Assembly: GCA_046331565.1 (NCBI GenBank)
Contig: JAXLQP010000001.1
Span: 2,158,347-2,222,346 of the forward strand
Source of the DNA: Blastocatellia bacterium
GTDB taxonomy: Bacteria; Acidobacteriota; Blastocatellia; RBC074
DNA: 64,000 nucleotides
Direction: 5' to 3'
Shown in pieces: positions 56,464 through 64,000 of this stretch. The notes under the pieces were generated by a model. That model had not been told where the DNA came from. It saw nothing but the letters and a program-made list of their open reading frames with translations, and did no database searches. How positions within the stretch are numbered: the stretch's first letter is position 1; each line of letters opens with the position of its first letter. The translations under genes were made by a program, and so were the position numbers.

Positions 56464-57471
56464 ATGCGAGTAATGGTGACCGGCGGAGCCGGATACATTG
56501 GCAGCGTCGTGACCGAAGTTCTCATCCGGGACGGGCACGAGGCCGTCGTTTATGACAACCTGTCGAAAGGCCATCGCGCCGCCGTCGTGCCGCAGGCGAA
56601 ATTCGTCTGCGGTGAACTGCGTGACGGCGATCTGTTGCGGCGCGCGCTGGTTGATCACCGCGTCGAAGCGGTCATTCACATGGCTGCTTCATCGCTGGTC
56701 GGCGAATCGGTGCTGCATCCGGCGAAGTATTATCACAACAACCTGCTGACGGGCCTGACGCTGCTCAATGCCATGCGCGATTGCGACGTGGCGCGGCTGG
56801 TCTTTTCTTCGACTGCGGCGGTGTACGGCGAACCGGCCAGACAGCCGATTGAAGAAAGTGATCCGACCGCGCCGACCAATCCTTACGGTGAAACCAAGCT
56901 GGCCTTTGAGCATGCGCTGCGCTGGTTCAGTCAGGCTTATGAGCTGCGCTATGTGTCGCTGCGTTATTTCAATGCCGCCGGAGCGACGGCGCATTGCGGC
57001 GAACATCACCAGCCGGAAACTCACCTGATTCCGATTGTGCTGCAGGCGGCGGCGGGACAGCGCGAATTTGTCGAGGTGTTCGGTGATGATTACCCGACCC
57101 GCGACGGAACCTGTGTGCGCGATTACATTCACGTTGCCGACCTTGCCCGCGCACACGTGATGGCGCTGGAACTGACCGCCGAACGCAGCGGCATTTACAA
57201 CCTGGGTTGCGGCGGCGACGGGTACACGGTGCTGGAAGTCCTCAATGCCGCGCGCGAAGTCACCGGACAGCAGGTCAGTGTGCGCAACAGTGCACGACGC
57301 CCCGGCGATCCGGCAGTGCTGATTGCCAGTTCCGACCGCATCAGAGAGGAACTCGGCTGGCAGCCTGAACAGCAGGATTTGCGCGCCATCATCGCTTCAG
57401 CGTGGCAGTGGATGCAGCGACACCCGCACGGTTACGAAGCCGGGGCGCAGCCCGCAGACAGCAGCAGATGA
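56464..57471 (+). CDS. galE: UDP-glucose 4-epimerase.
   Basis: VTGGAGYIGS; YGETK catalytic Tyr-x3-Lys. Confidence 0.85.
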   Translation: MRVMVTGGAGYIGSVVTEVLIRDGHEAVVYDNLSKGHRAAVVPQAKFVCGELRDGDLLRRALVDHRVEAVIHMAASSLVGESVLHPAKYYHNNLLTGLTLLNAMRDCDVARLVFSSTAAVYGEPARQPIEESDPTAPTNPYGETKLAFEHALRWFSQAYELRYVSLRYFNAAGATAHCGEHHQPETHLIPIVLQAAAGQREFVEVFGDDYPTRDGTCVRDYIHVADLARAHVMALELTAERSGIYNLGCGGDGYTVLEVLNAAREVTGQQVSVRNSARRPGDPAVLIASSDRIREELGWQPEQQDLRAIIASAWQWMQRHPHGYEAGAQPADSSR

Positions 57472-58637
57472 ATCACGGGCAGCAACAGGCAGAACGATTA
57501 CGACGCGAATTTCAGACGCGATATGGCCGAAGCGCCAGAATCTTTCGCGCGCCGGGCCGCGTCAATCTGATCGGTGAACATACCGATTACAACGACGGCT
57601 TTGTGCTGCCGATGGCGATTGATCGTTCGACCTTTGTGGCAGCGGCTGAACGCGCTGACCGCCTGATTCGTGTTTATTCACTCACGCTCGCTGAGCAGTT
57701 TGAATTCGACCCTGATCTGCCGCCGATGCCGCGCCGGGGCATCTGGCCCGATTATGTCGAAGGGGTGGCGCGGGTGCTTGAAGAAAATGGCCAGCGGCTG
57801 ACCGGCGCCGATCTGCTGATTGATTCGGAGGTGCCGACCGGCGCGGGCCTGTCATCTTCTGCCGCGCTGGAAGTATCGGCTGGTCTGGCGCTGCTCTCGC
57901 TGGCCGGAGCCACGATTGACCGCACGGCGCTCGCCCTGGCCGGACAGCAGGCCGAACACAAATATGTCGGCGCGAACGTCGGCATCATGGATCAGATGGC
58001 CGCCGTTCACAGTCGCGCGGGTAATGCCATTCTGCTTGACTGTCGCACGCTGGCGATTACTTACCTGCCGCTTGATCAGCCTGAGATGTCAGTTGTCGTT
58101 TGTGATTCGCGGGTCAGGCACAAGCTGGCTTCGTCGGAATACAACACGCGCCGCGCCGAATGCGAACAGGGCGTCAGGATGCTTCAGCAGTTTCTGCCTT
58201 CGATTCAGGCGCTGCGTGATGTCAGCGTTGATGAGTTCAGACAATACGAAGCGCAGTTGCCCGAAGTGATTCGCCGCCGCTGCCGTCACGTCATTACCGA
58301 AAATGCGCGCACGCTGGCGGCGGCCAGTGCGCTCTGGTCAGGCCGACTCAATGAAATGGGGCGGCTGATGATCGCGTCGCACCAGTCGCTGCGTGATGAT
58401 TACGAAGTCAGTTGCCCGGAACTCAACCTGCTGGTGGATACCGCGCTGGGTGTCAGCGGCGTGTTCGGATCGCGGATGACCGGCGGCGGTTTCGGCGGTT
58501 GCACGGTCAGTCTGGTGCGCAATGATGCGCTGACGGCTTTTACTGAAACCATCACGCGCGCTTATCAGCCGACATTCGGCCAGACGCCGGGCATCTATGT
58601 GGTCAGCGCGGGCGAGGGAGCAACTGAACTGACCTGA
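57468..58637 (+). CDS. galK: Galactokinase.
   Basis: GRVNLIGEHTDYNDG; PTGAGLSSSAALEV. ATGA overlap with the galE stop. Confidence 0.8.
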   Translation: MNHGQQQAERLRREFQTRYGRSARIFRAPGRVNLIGEHTDYNDGFVLPMAIDRSTFVAAAERADRLIRVYSLTLAEQFEFDPDLPPMPRRGIWPDYVEGVARVLEENGQRLTGADLLIDSEVPTGAGLSSSAALEVSAGLALLSLAGATIDRTALALAGQQAEHKYVGANVGIMDQMAAVHSRAGNAILLDCRTLAITYLPLDQPEMSVVVCDSRVRHKLASSEYNTRRAECEQGVRMLQQFLPSIQALRDVSVDEFRQYEAQLPEVIRRRCRHVITENARTLAAASALWSGRLNEMGRLMIASHQSLRDDYEVSCPELNLLVDTALGVSGVFGSRMTGGGFGGCTVSLVRNDALTAFTETITRAYQPTFGQTPGIYVVSAGEGATELT

Positions 58638-58893
58638 TTTTATTTCATTAAAATTCCTGCACGAATCTCATTCACTACATACCGTTCCAGAACGTACATC
58701 CCGCATACAAATCCTGCACTGGAAATACCTGCCTCGCCCTGGCAACCACTCATTAATCCGGCGGCAAATGCTGGTGTCATTCGGTTCTTCAACATCCGCT
58801 GCGCATCGCCGCGCAACTGGCACATTCGTTGCACCTGCCTGTAATGCATACTTGCCTGAAAAATAAATTTAGTCATTCCGGTGAAGGAGAGAT

Positions 58894-60240
58894 ATGAAAA
58901 AACATACGACAGGAACGCAGAGCGGAGAGTCTGGAGTGAATGCGGCCAGGTCAGGACAGGCGAAGAGTGGATTCAGTCGCCAGTCTCGCAAGGTTCCGCT
59001 GATTAATAATTACGCTGAGACTTCGCTTTCGTTTTCTCAGGGACTGCCCGATCTGGTGTGCCTGTCACATCTGCGCTGGGATTTCGTCTATCAGCGCCCG
59101 CAGCATCTGCTGAGCCGCTGCGCCCTGGAGCGCCGCGTCTTTTTTATTGAAGAACCAATCTATGACGAAACCGCCCCGCGCCTGGACATCAGCCAGCGCG
59201 AATGCGGCGTCTATGTCGTCGTGCCGCATCTGCCCAAAGGACTCAACGAAGCTGAAACCGCAGCGATTGAACAATCACTGCTGATTGACGAACTCTTTCT
59301 GGAACATTCGATCACCGATTACATCTGCTGGTATTACACGCCGATGGCGCTCAGCTTCACGCGCCACCTGGAACCGCTGGCGATTATTTACGACTGCATG
59401 GATGAACTCTCGGCTTTCAAAAACGCTCCGCCCGAATTGCGGCAGCGCGAAGCCGAACTGCTCGAACGCGCCGATCTGGTCTTCACGGGCGGTTACAGTC
59501 TGTATGAAGCCAAATGCCGCCGTCACTCCAACGTGCACCCGTTTCCGAGCAGCATTGACGGGCCGCATTTTCGCAAGGCGCGGCGCGAAATCGCCGACCC
59601 GGCAGATCAGGCCGGGATTCCGCACCCGCGTCTGGGTTACTGCGGCGTGATTGATGAACGCATGGACAGAGAGCTGATTGCCGCCATTGCTGAAGCGCGG
59701 CCTGACTGGCATCTGGTCATGCTGGGGCCGGTTGTCAAAATTGATCCGGCTGAACTGCCGCAGCGTCCGAACATTCATTACCTCGGCGGCAGGAGTTACC
59801 AGGAACTGCCGAATTATCTGGCGAACTGGGACATTGCGATGCTGCCGTTTGCGCACAACGAATCAACGCGCTACATCAGCCCGACCAAAACGCCTGAATA
59901 TCTGGCGGCGGGCATCCCGGCCATCTCAACGGCGATTCGTGACGTGGTGCATCCCTGGGGACAGCAGGGGCTGGTGAAGATTGCCGATACGGCGCCGGAA
60001 TTCATCGCGGCGGCTGAGTACCTGATGAGTCCCGAATTCAATTACAACGCCTGGCTGCGCCAGGTTGACGAAGCCCTGGCCTTCAATTCGTGGGATCGCA
60101 CCTGGGCACGGATGATGCACCTGGTCAATCTCACGGTCAGAAATCGTTACCCCGATCTGTTCACGACAGACGCCTTCCCTCAGGCCACTGTCAGCACTTC
60201 AACTGCAACCGCATCAATCTCCCCGGTCACTGGCGATTAG
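58894..60240 (+). CDS. GT-B glycosyltransferase (GT4-like), possibly a galactofuranosyl transferase by context.
   Basis: RBS GAAGGAGAG; C-terminal E..PTKTPEYLAAGIPAIST motif. Adjacent to glf. Confidence 0.55.
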   Translation: MKKHTTGTQSGESGVNAARSGQAKSGFSRQSRKVPLINNYAETSLSFSQGLPDLVCLSHLRWDFVYQRPQHLLSRCALERRVFFIEEPIYDETAPRLDISQRECGVYVVVPHLPKGLNEAETAAIEQSLLIDELFLEHSITDYICWYYTPMALSFTRHLEPLAIIYDCMDELSAFKNAPPELRQREAELLERADLVFTGGYSLYEAKCRRHSNVHPFPSSIDGPHFRKARREIADPADQAGIPHPRLGYCGVIDERMDRELIAAIAEARPDWHLVMLGPVVKIDPAELPQRPNIHYLGGRSYQELPNYLANWDIAMLPFAHNESTRYISPTKTPEYLAAGIPAISTAIRDVVHPWGQQGLVKIADTAPEFIAAAEYLMSPEFNYNAWLRQVDEALAFNSWDRTWARMMHLVNLTVRNRYPDLFTTDAFPQATVSTSTATASISPVTGD

Positions 60241-60260
60241 CGTGAAAGGGGAGGCACCTG

Positions 60261-61370
60261 ATGTTTGATTATCTGATTGTCGGAGCCGGGTACGCCGGAA
60301 GTGTGCTGGCCGAACGGCTGGCGCGTGAGGCGGGCAAAAAAGTGCTGATCGTGGACAAGCGGCCTCACATTGCCGGCAACGCTTATGATCATTACAACGA
60401 CGCGGGCCTGCTGGTGCATAAATACGGCCCGCACATCTTTCATACCAACTCACGCGAAGTCTTTGATTACCTGTCGCGCTTCACCGGGTGGCGACAGTAT
60501 GAACATCGCGTGCGCGCCAGTGTTGACGGGCAGTTGCTGCCGATTCCGATCAACCTGGACACGGTCAACCGGCTCTATGGTCTGCATCTGACTTCGTTTC
60601 AACTTGAGGAATTCTTTGCCTCAGTGGCTGAGAAAAAAGAACATATTCGCACTTCAGAGGATGTGATTGTCAGCAAGGTAGGCCGCGAACTGTACGAAAA
60701 GTTCTTTCGCCACTACACGCGCAAACAGTGGGGTCTCGATCCGTCAGAACTCGATGCTCAGGTGACGGCGCGCGTGCCGGTGCGAACAAACCGCGACGAC
60801 CGTTACTTCACCGACACCTACCAGGCGATGCCGAAGCACGGTTACACGCGGATGTTCGAAAACATGCTCGATCACGCGAATATCAGAATCATGCTCAATA
60901 CCGATTACCGCGAAATCGAGCGCGTGATTCCGTTCCGCGAAATGATTTATACGGGGCCGGTGGATGAATTCTTTGATTTCAGGTTTGGCAAACTGCCTTA
61001 CCGTTCACTTGAATTCAAACACGAAACGCTCGATCAGGAAGTCTGGCAACCGGCACCGGTGGTCAACTATCCGAACGAGCATGCCTACACGCGCATCACC
61101 GAGTTCAAGTATCTGACCGGGCAGGATCACAAAAAAACGAGTATTGTTTATGAATTTCCGCGCGCTGAGGGTGATCCGTACTATCCCGTACCGAGACCAG
61201 AGAACACAGAGTTGTATAAGAAGTATCAGGCGCTTGCGGAAGCGACCCCTGGGGTGCATTTCGCCGGACGGCTGGCGACATACAAGTATTACAACCAGGA
61301 TCAGGTCGTGGCGCAGGCACTGACACTGTACCGAAAGATTACCGGCGCAAGGCCGACACCAGTGAAGTAA
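60261..61370 (+). CDS. glf: UDP-galactopyranose mutase.
   Basis: MFDYLIVGAGYAGSVLAERLA FAD motif; HIFHT; conserved UGM C-terminus. Confidence 0.85.
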   Translation: MFDYLIVGAGYAGSVLAERLAREAGKKVLIVDKRPHIAGNAYDHYNDAGLLVHKYGPHIFHTNSREVFDYLSRFTGWRQYEHRVRASVDGQLLPIPINLDTVNRLYGLHLTSFQLEEFFASVAEKKEHIRTSEDVIVSKVGRELYEKFFRHYTRKQWGLDPSELDAQVTARVPVRTNRDDRYFTDTYQAMPKHGYTRMFENMLDHANIRIMLNTDYREIERVIPFREMIYTGPVDEFFDFRFGKLPYRSLEFKHETLDQEVWQPAPVVNYPNEHAYTRITEFKYLTGQDHKKTSIVYEFPRAEGDPYYPVPRPENTELYKKYQALAEATPGVHFAGRLATYKYYNQDQVVAQALTLYRKITGARPTPVK

Positions 61371-61459
61371 CTGAGTCCACGATTGGGCAGTGATTGAGCA
61401 GCGCTGTCTGCCGAACAGCAGTCAGCCTGAGCGCTGAATCACAACCCACGATTTCAATC

Positions 61460-62617
61460 ATGGCACTGTTCAGAAGCTTCTTTCAGGCCGGCTTTGAAGG
61501 AGCAACCGGCTACAACCGGCACGGTGAATGGATAGATCAGATTGCCGCCACCGAACACGATCTGTTCGCCGATGAGGATTATCGCCGTCTGCGCGAAGCG
61601 GGCCTGCTGACGGTGCGCGAGGCTGTGCGCTGGCCGCTTGTTGATCGCAACCGTGATTATGATTTCTCGTTATACGATCCGTTTTTAGCGGCGAGCGAAC
61701 GACACGGCATCGAAATCATTCACGATCTTTTTCATTTCGGGTTTCCTGATTACCTCGATCTGTTTTCGGCTGATTTTCCGAAGCGGTTTGCTGATTACTG
61801 CTTCGCGGCGGCTGATTACATTACGCGGCAGATGCCCGGCGTCTGTTATTTCACGCCGGTCAACGAACCGTCGTTCTTTTCGTGGGCAGCGGGCGAAGTC
61901 GGCTTGTTCGCCCCGCACGCGGTCGGTCGCGGATGGGAACTGAAGGTGCGGCTGATCGAGGCCGCCATTCAGGGCATCAATGCGATTCACGCCGCCAGTC
62001 CCGTCGCGCGGATCGTCAATGCTGATCCGCTCTGTCGCGTCACGGCTCCGCAAGGGAACACGGAGTCGTGGCGCGAAGTGGAATTTTTCAATTCCAGCGT
62101 GGTCTTTCAAAGCTGGGATATGCTCAGTGGCCGCCTGATGCCGGAACTCGGCGGCAGCCCGCGCCACCTTGATATTGTCGGCATCAATTACTACTGGACG
62201 AATCAGTGGGAATGGGGCAGCGCCGGGGTGCCGCTTGACAGCGCCGACCCGCGCCGCGCCCGGCTGAGCGAACTGATTGGCTCGGTCTGGCAGCGATACG
62301 GCCACGAAATGCTGGTGACTGAAACCAGCGAAGTGAATGAATCCCGCCCGGTCTGGTTACGTGAACTGACTCGGGAAGTCAGCACCGTCCTGGCTGAAGG
62401 CATGCGGTTGCACGGCATCTGTCTCTATCCGATTCTCGGCATGCCCGAATGGCACGCCCGCGACGAATGGACACAGATGGGACTGTGGGAACTCAGACAC
62501 GGTGACAACCGGCTGGAACGTGTGCTGCATGAACCAATGATGAAAGCCCTGCGCGAAGCACAGTGGCTGGAGGAACACCAGGCCCGGTCAGCAACGCTGA
62601 CACCATCACATTTTTGA
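61460..62617 (+). CDS. GH1-like glycoside hydrolase (paralog of 51829..53100).
   Basis: YFTPVNEP and LVTETSEV motifs. Start at MALFRSFFQAGFEGATG. Confidence 0.5.
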   Translation: MALFRSFFQAGFEGATGYNRHGEWIDQIAATEHDLFADEDYRRLREAGLLTVREAVRWPLVDRNRDYDFSLYDPFLAASERHGIEIIHDLFHFGFPDYLDLFSADFPKRFADYCFAAADYITRQMPGVCYFTPVNEPSFFSWAAGEVGLFAPHAVGRGWELKVRLIEAAIQGINAIHAASPVARIVNADPLCRVTAPQGNTESWREVEFFNSSVVFQSWDMLSGRLMPELGGSPRHLDIVGINYYWTNQWEWGSAGVPLDSADPRRARLSELIGSVWQRYGHEMLVTETSEVNESRPVWLRELTREVSTVLAEGMRLHGICLYPILGMPEWHARDEWTQMGLWELRHGDNRLERVLHEPMMKALREAQWLEEHQARSATLTPSHF

Positions 62618-62644
62618 GCAGGCCGCAAACGATCTTTTGACGCT

Positions 62645-62800
62645 ACCAGGGGAGACGACAGAGAAAAGAAGAAGAACAGCGGAAGTGTGCTTTCCTTATC
62701 TTCTTTCCTCTTTTCTTCTCCTTTTCCCCTTTTCCCGCTCCTGCGTTCACTTCCTGCTGTTTTCCCTGTGGCATCCCCTTCGACTCCTTCCCTGTTGAAG
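62645..62800. repeat. AG-rich then CT-rich mirror/hairpin low-complexity element.
   Basis: agagaaaagaagaagaacagcggaag ... cttatcttctttcctcttttcttctccttttcccc. Track ORFs 62425..63021(-) and 62687..62893(+) are artifacts. Confidence 0.5.
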
Positions 62801-62811
62801 CAGAGGCAGAT

Positions 62812-63471
62812 ATGTCTCAGATCTTCCATCGCAGCACCAACACGATTGCGCGGGTCAGCATCTTCGGTTCGCTCTTTATTCTGGCGGCGCTGACCTGGGC
62901 AGCCTATGGCATCAACGGTTCGACCTATGTCACACAGACCTTCGTGCCCCGTGAACAGCCGGTGCAGTTTTCGCACAAGCATCACGTCGGTGATGACGGC
63001 ATTGACTGCCGCTATTGTCACACTTCGGTCGAGCAGTCATCGTTTGCCGGTATCCCGCCGACCAAAACCTGCATGAACTGTCATTCGCAGTTATTCCTCA
63101 ACAGTTCATATCTCGAACCGGTGCGGGCAAGCTGGCGCGACAACAAGCCGCTGCAATGGACGCGGGTGCATGACCTGCCCGATTTCGTTTACTTCAATCA
63201 CAGCATTCATGTGAATAAGGGCGTCGGCTGTTCGACCTGCCACGGACGGGTTGATCAGATGCCGCTGGTGTATCAGGTCAATTCGCTGCAAATGGAATGG
63301 TGTCTGGGCTGTCACCGGCAACCCGAAAAATTCGTCCGCCCGCGTGACCAGATTTTCAATATGGCCTGGCAGCCGCCGCCCGATCAGACAGAGCAGGGCC
63401 GCCGCCTCGTCAGTGAATACAAAATTCAGGATGCCCGCACGCTGTCGAGTTGTTCGACCTGTCATCGCTGA
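62812..63471 (+). CDS. actA: Alternative complex III pentaheme cytochrome c subunit.
   Basis: N-terminal TM anchor; five CxxCH motifs (CRYCH, CMNCH, CSTCH, CLGCH, CSTCH). Confidence 0.7.
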   Translation: MSQIFHRSTNTIARVSIFGSLFILAALTWAAYGINGSTYVTQTFVPREQPVQFSHKHHVGDDGIDCRYCHTSVEQSSFAGIPPTKTCMNCHSQLFLNSSYLEPVRASWRDNKPLQWTRVHDLPDFVYFNHSIHVNKGVGCSTCHGRVDQMPLVYQVNSLQMEWCLGCHRQPEKFVRPRDQIFNMAWQPPPDQTEQGRRLVSEYKIQDARTLSSCSTCHR

Positions 63472-63495
63472 TCAACATCGCAAGAGGTATCGAAG

Positions 63496-64000
63496 GTGGA
63501 AGAGATTGCGCATCAGGATAACGCAAATCACGAACACGCCAGGCCACCGCGCAGCCTGCCCGTGCTGAATACTCAGTCAGAATCTCATCGCTCAATCCTC
63601 GACCTGGCAGGTCAGGTGCAGCGCCACGCCTCCACAGCCGATGATTACTGGCGCAGCCTGGATGAACTGGCCGACACGCCGGAATTCCGCGCGCTGCTGC
63701 ACCGCGAATTCCCGCCCGAAGCGTCTGAATGGCCACAGGCGTCTGAATGGAATGACGCGCTCAGCCGCCGCCGCTTTCTGCATCTGATGGGCGCATCGCT
63801 CGCGCTGGCCGGGCTGACCGCCTGCACGCAGCAGCCAACTGAACTGATTGTCCCTTACGTCAAACCACCCGAAGGCATCATTCCCGGCAAGCCGCAGTAT
63901 TACGCGACTGCGATGCCTTTCAGCGGCGCGGCAATGGGGTTGCTGGTTGAAAGCCGCGAAGGTCGCCCGATCAAGATCGAAGGCAATCCCGATCATCCGG
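63496..64000 (+). CDS. actB: Alternative complex III ActB (molybdopterin-oxidoreductase-like / FeS subunit), 5' fragment running off the window.
   Basis: GTG 63496 with AAGAGG 8 nt upstream; twin-arginine signal SRRRFLHLMGASLALAGLTAC. Open to the window end, so absent from the ORF track. Confidence 0.6.
   Translation, partial: MEEIAHQDNANHEHARPPRSLPVLNTQSESHRSILDLAGQVQRHASTADDYWRSLDELADTPEFRALLHREFPPEASEWPQASEWNDALSRRRFLHLMGASLALAGLTACTQQPTELIVPYVKPPEGIIPGKPQYYATAMPFSGAAMGLLVESREGRPIKIEGNPDHP

Noticed and set aside
1-64000. Search for tRNA/tmRNA/rRNA genes, CRISPR arrays and transposase/integrase genes.
   Set aside because: No T-loop/anticodon-arm-like cloverleaf candidates, rRNA-like conserved blocks, regular repeat-spacer arrays or DDE/tyrosine-recombinase ORFs were seen.

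Overview
High-GC (~60% by eye) bacterial chromosomal window, gene-dense on both strands. Gene content suggests Acidobacteriota: two CarboxypepD_reg-type TonB-dependent receptors, a 'Solibacter C-terminal' TIGR03437-like domain, SYLF, BON and SRPBCC proteins. This phylum assignment is inference only.

Recognisable genes:
- A cyanophycin synthetase N-terminus running off the left edge, and the ACIII ActA/ActB start running off the right edge. Neither is in the ORF track.
- infA and rpoZ.
- A blaI-blaR1-like pair.
- A sigma54 NtrC-type response regulator with its histidine kinase, an ABC ATPase and a DUF4350-like gene.
- An SDR oxidoreductase, a GT4 glycosyltransferase plus a PIG-L deacetylase, and an SmtA-like metallothionein.
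- A MFP-REC-RND-OMF efflux locus.
- A galE-galK-GT-glf galactofuranose cluster bracketed by GH1-like and GH43-like hydrolases.

No tRNA, rRNA, CRISPR array or transposase gene was found.

The window is unusually rich in intergenic hairpin/MITE-like repeat families, several in 2-3 copies, and in polypurine/polypyrimidine mirror hairpins.

The most interesting candidate system is the BlaI/BlaR1-type module. The M56 transducer has no penicillin-binding sensor. Instead it carries about 8.5 tandem 29-residue repeats, which I do not recognise as a named domain. The same repeat occurs six times in an adjacent secreted protein. Two TGCTAA-N4-TTAGCA dyads sit in the divergent promoter.

Other notable points:
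- The RND permease and the TolC-like outer-membrane factor read as one 1875-aa in-frame ORF. An alternate frame shows the classic ATGA stop/start overlap, and a MITE copy is embedded just after the OMF signal peptide.
- A roughly 300-640 bp paralogous segment pair brackets the infA-rpoZ block and shows reciprocal gene loss.
- A TIGR03437-domain gene is disrupted by a frameshift.

All calls are from reading the sequence and the ORF track. No database searches were run.
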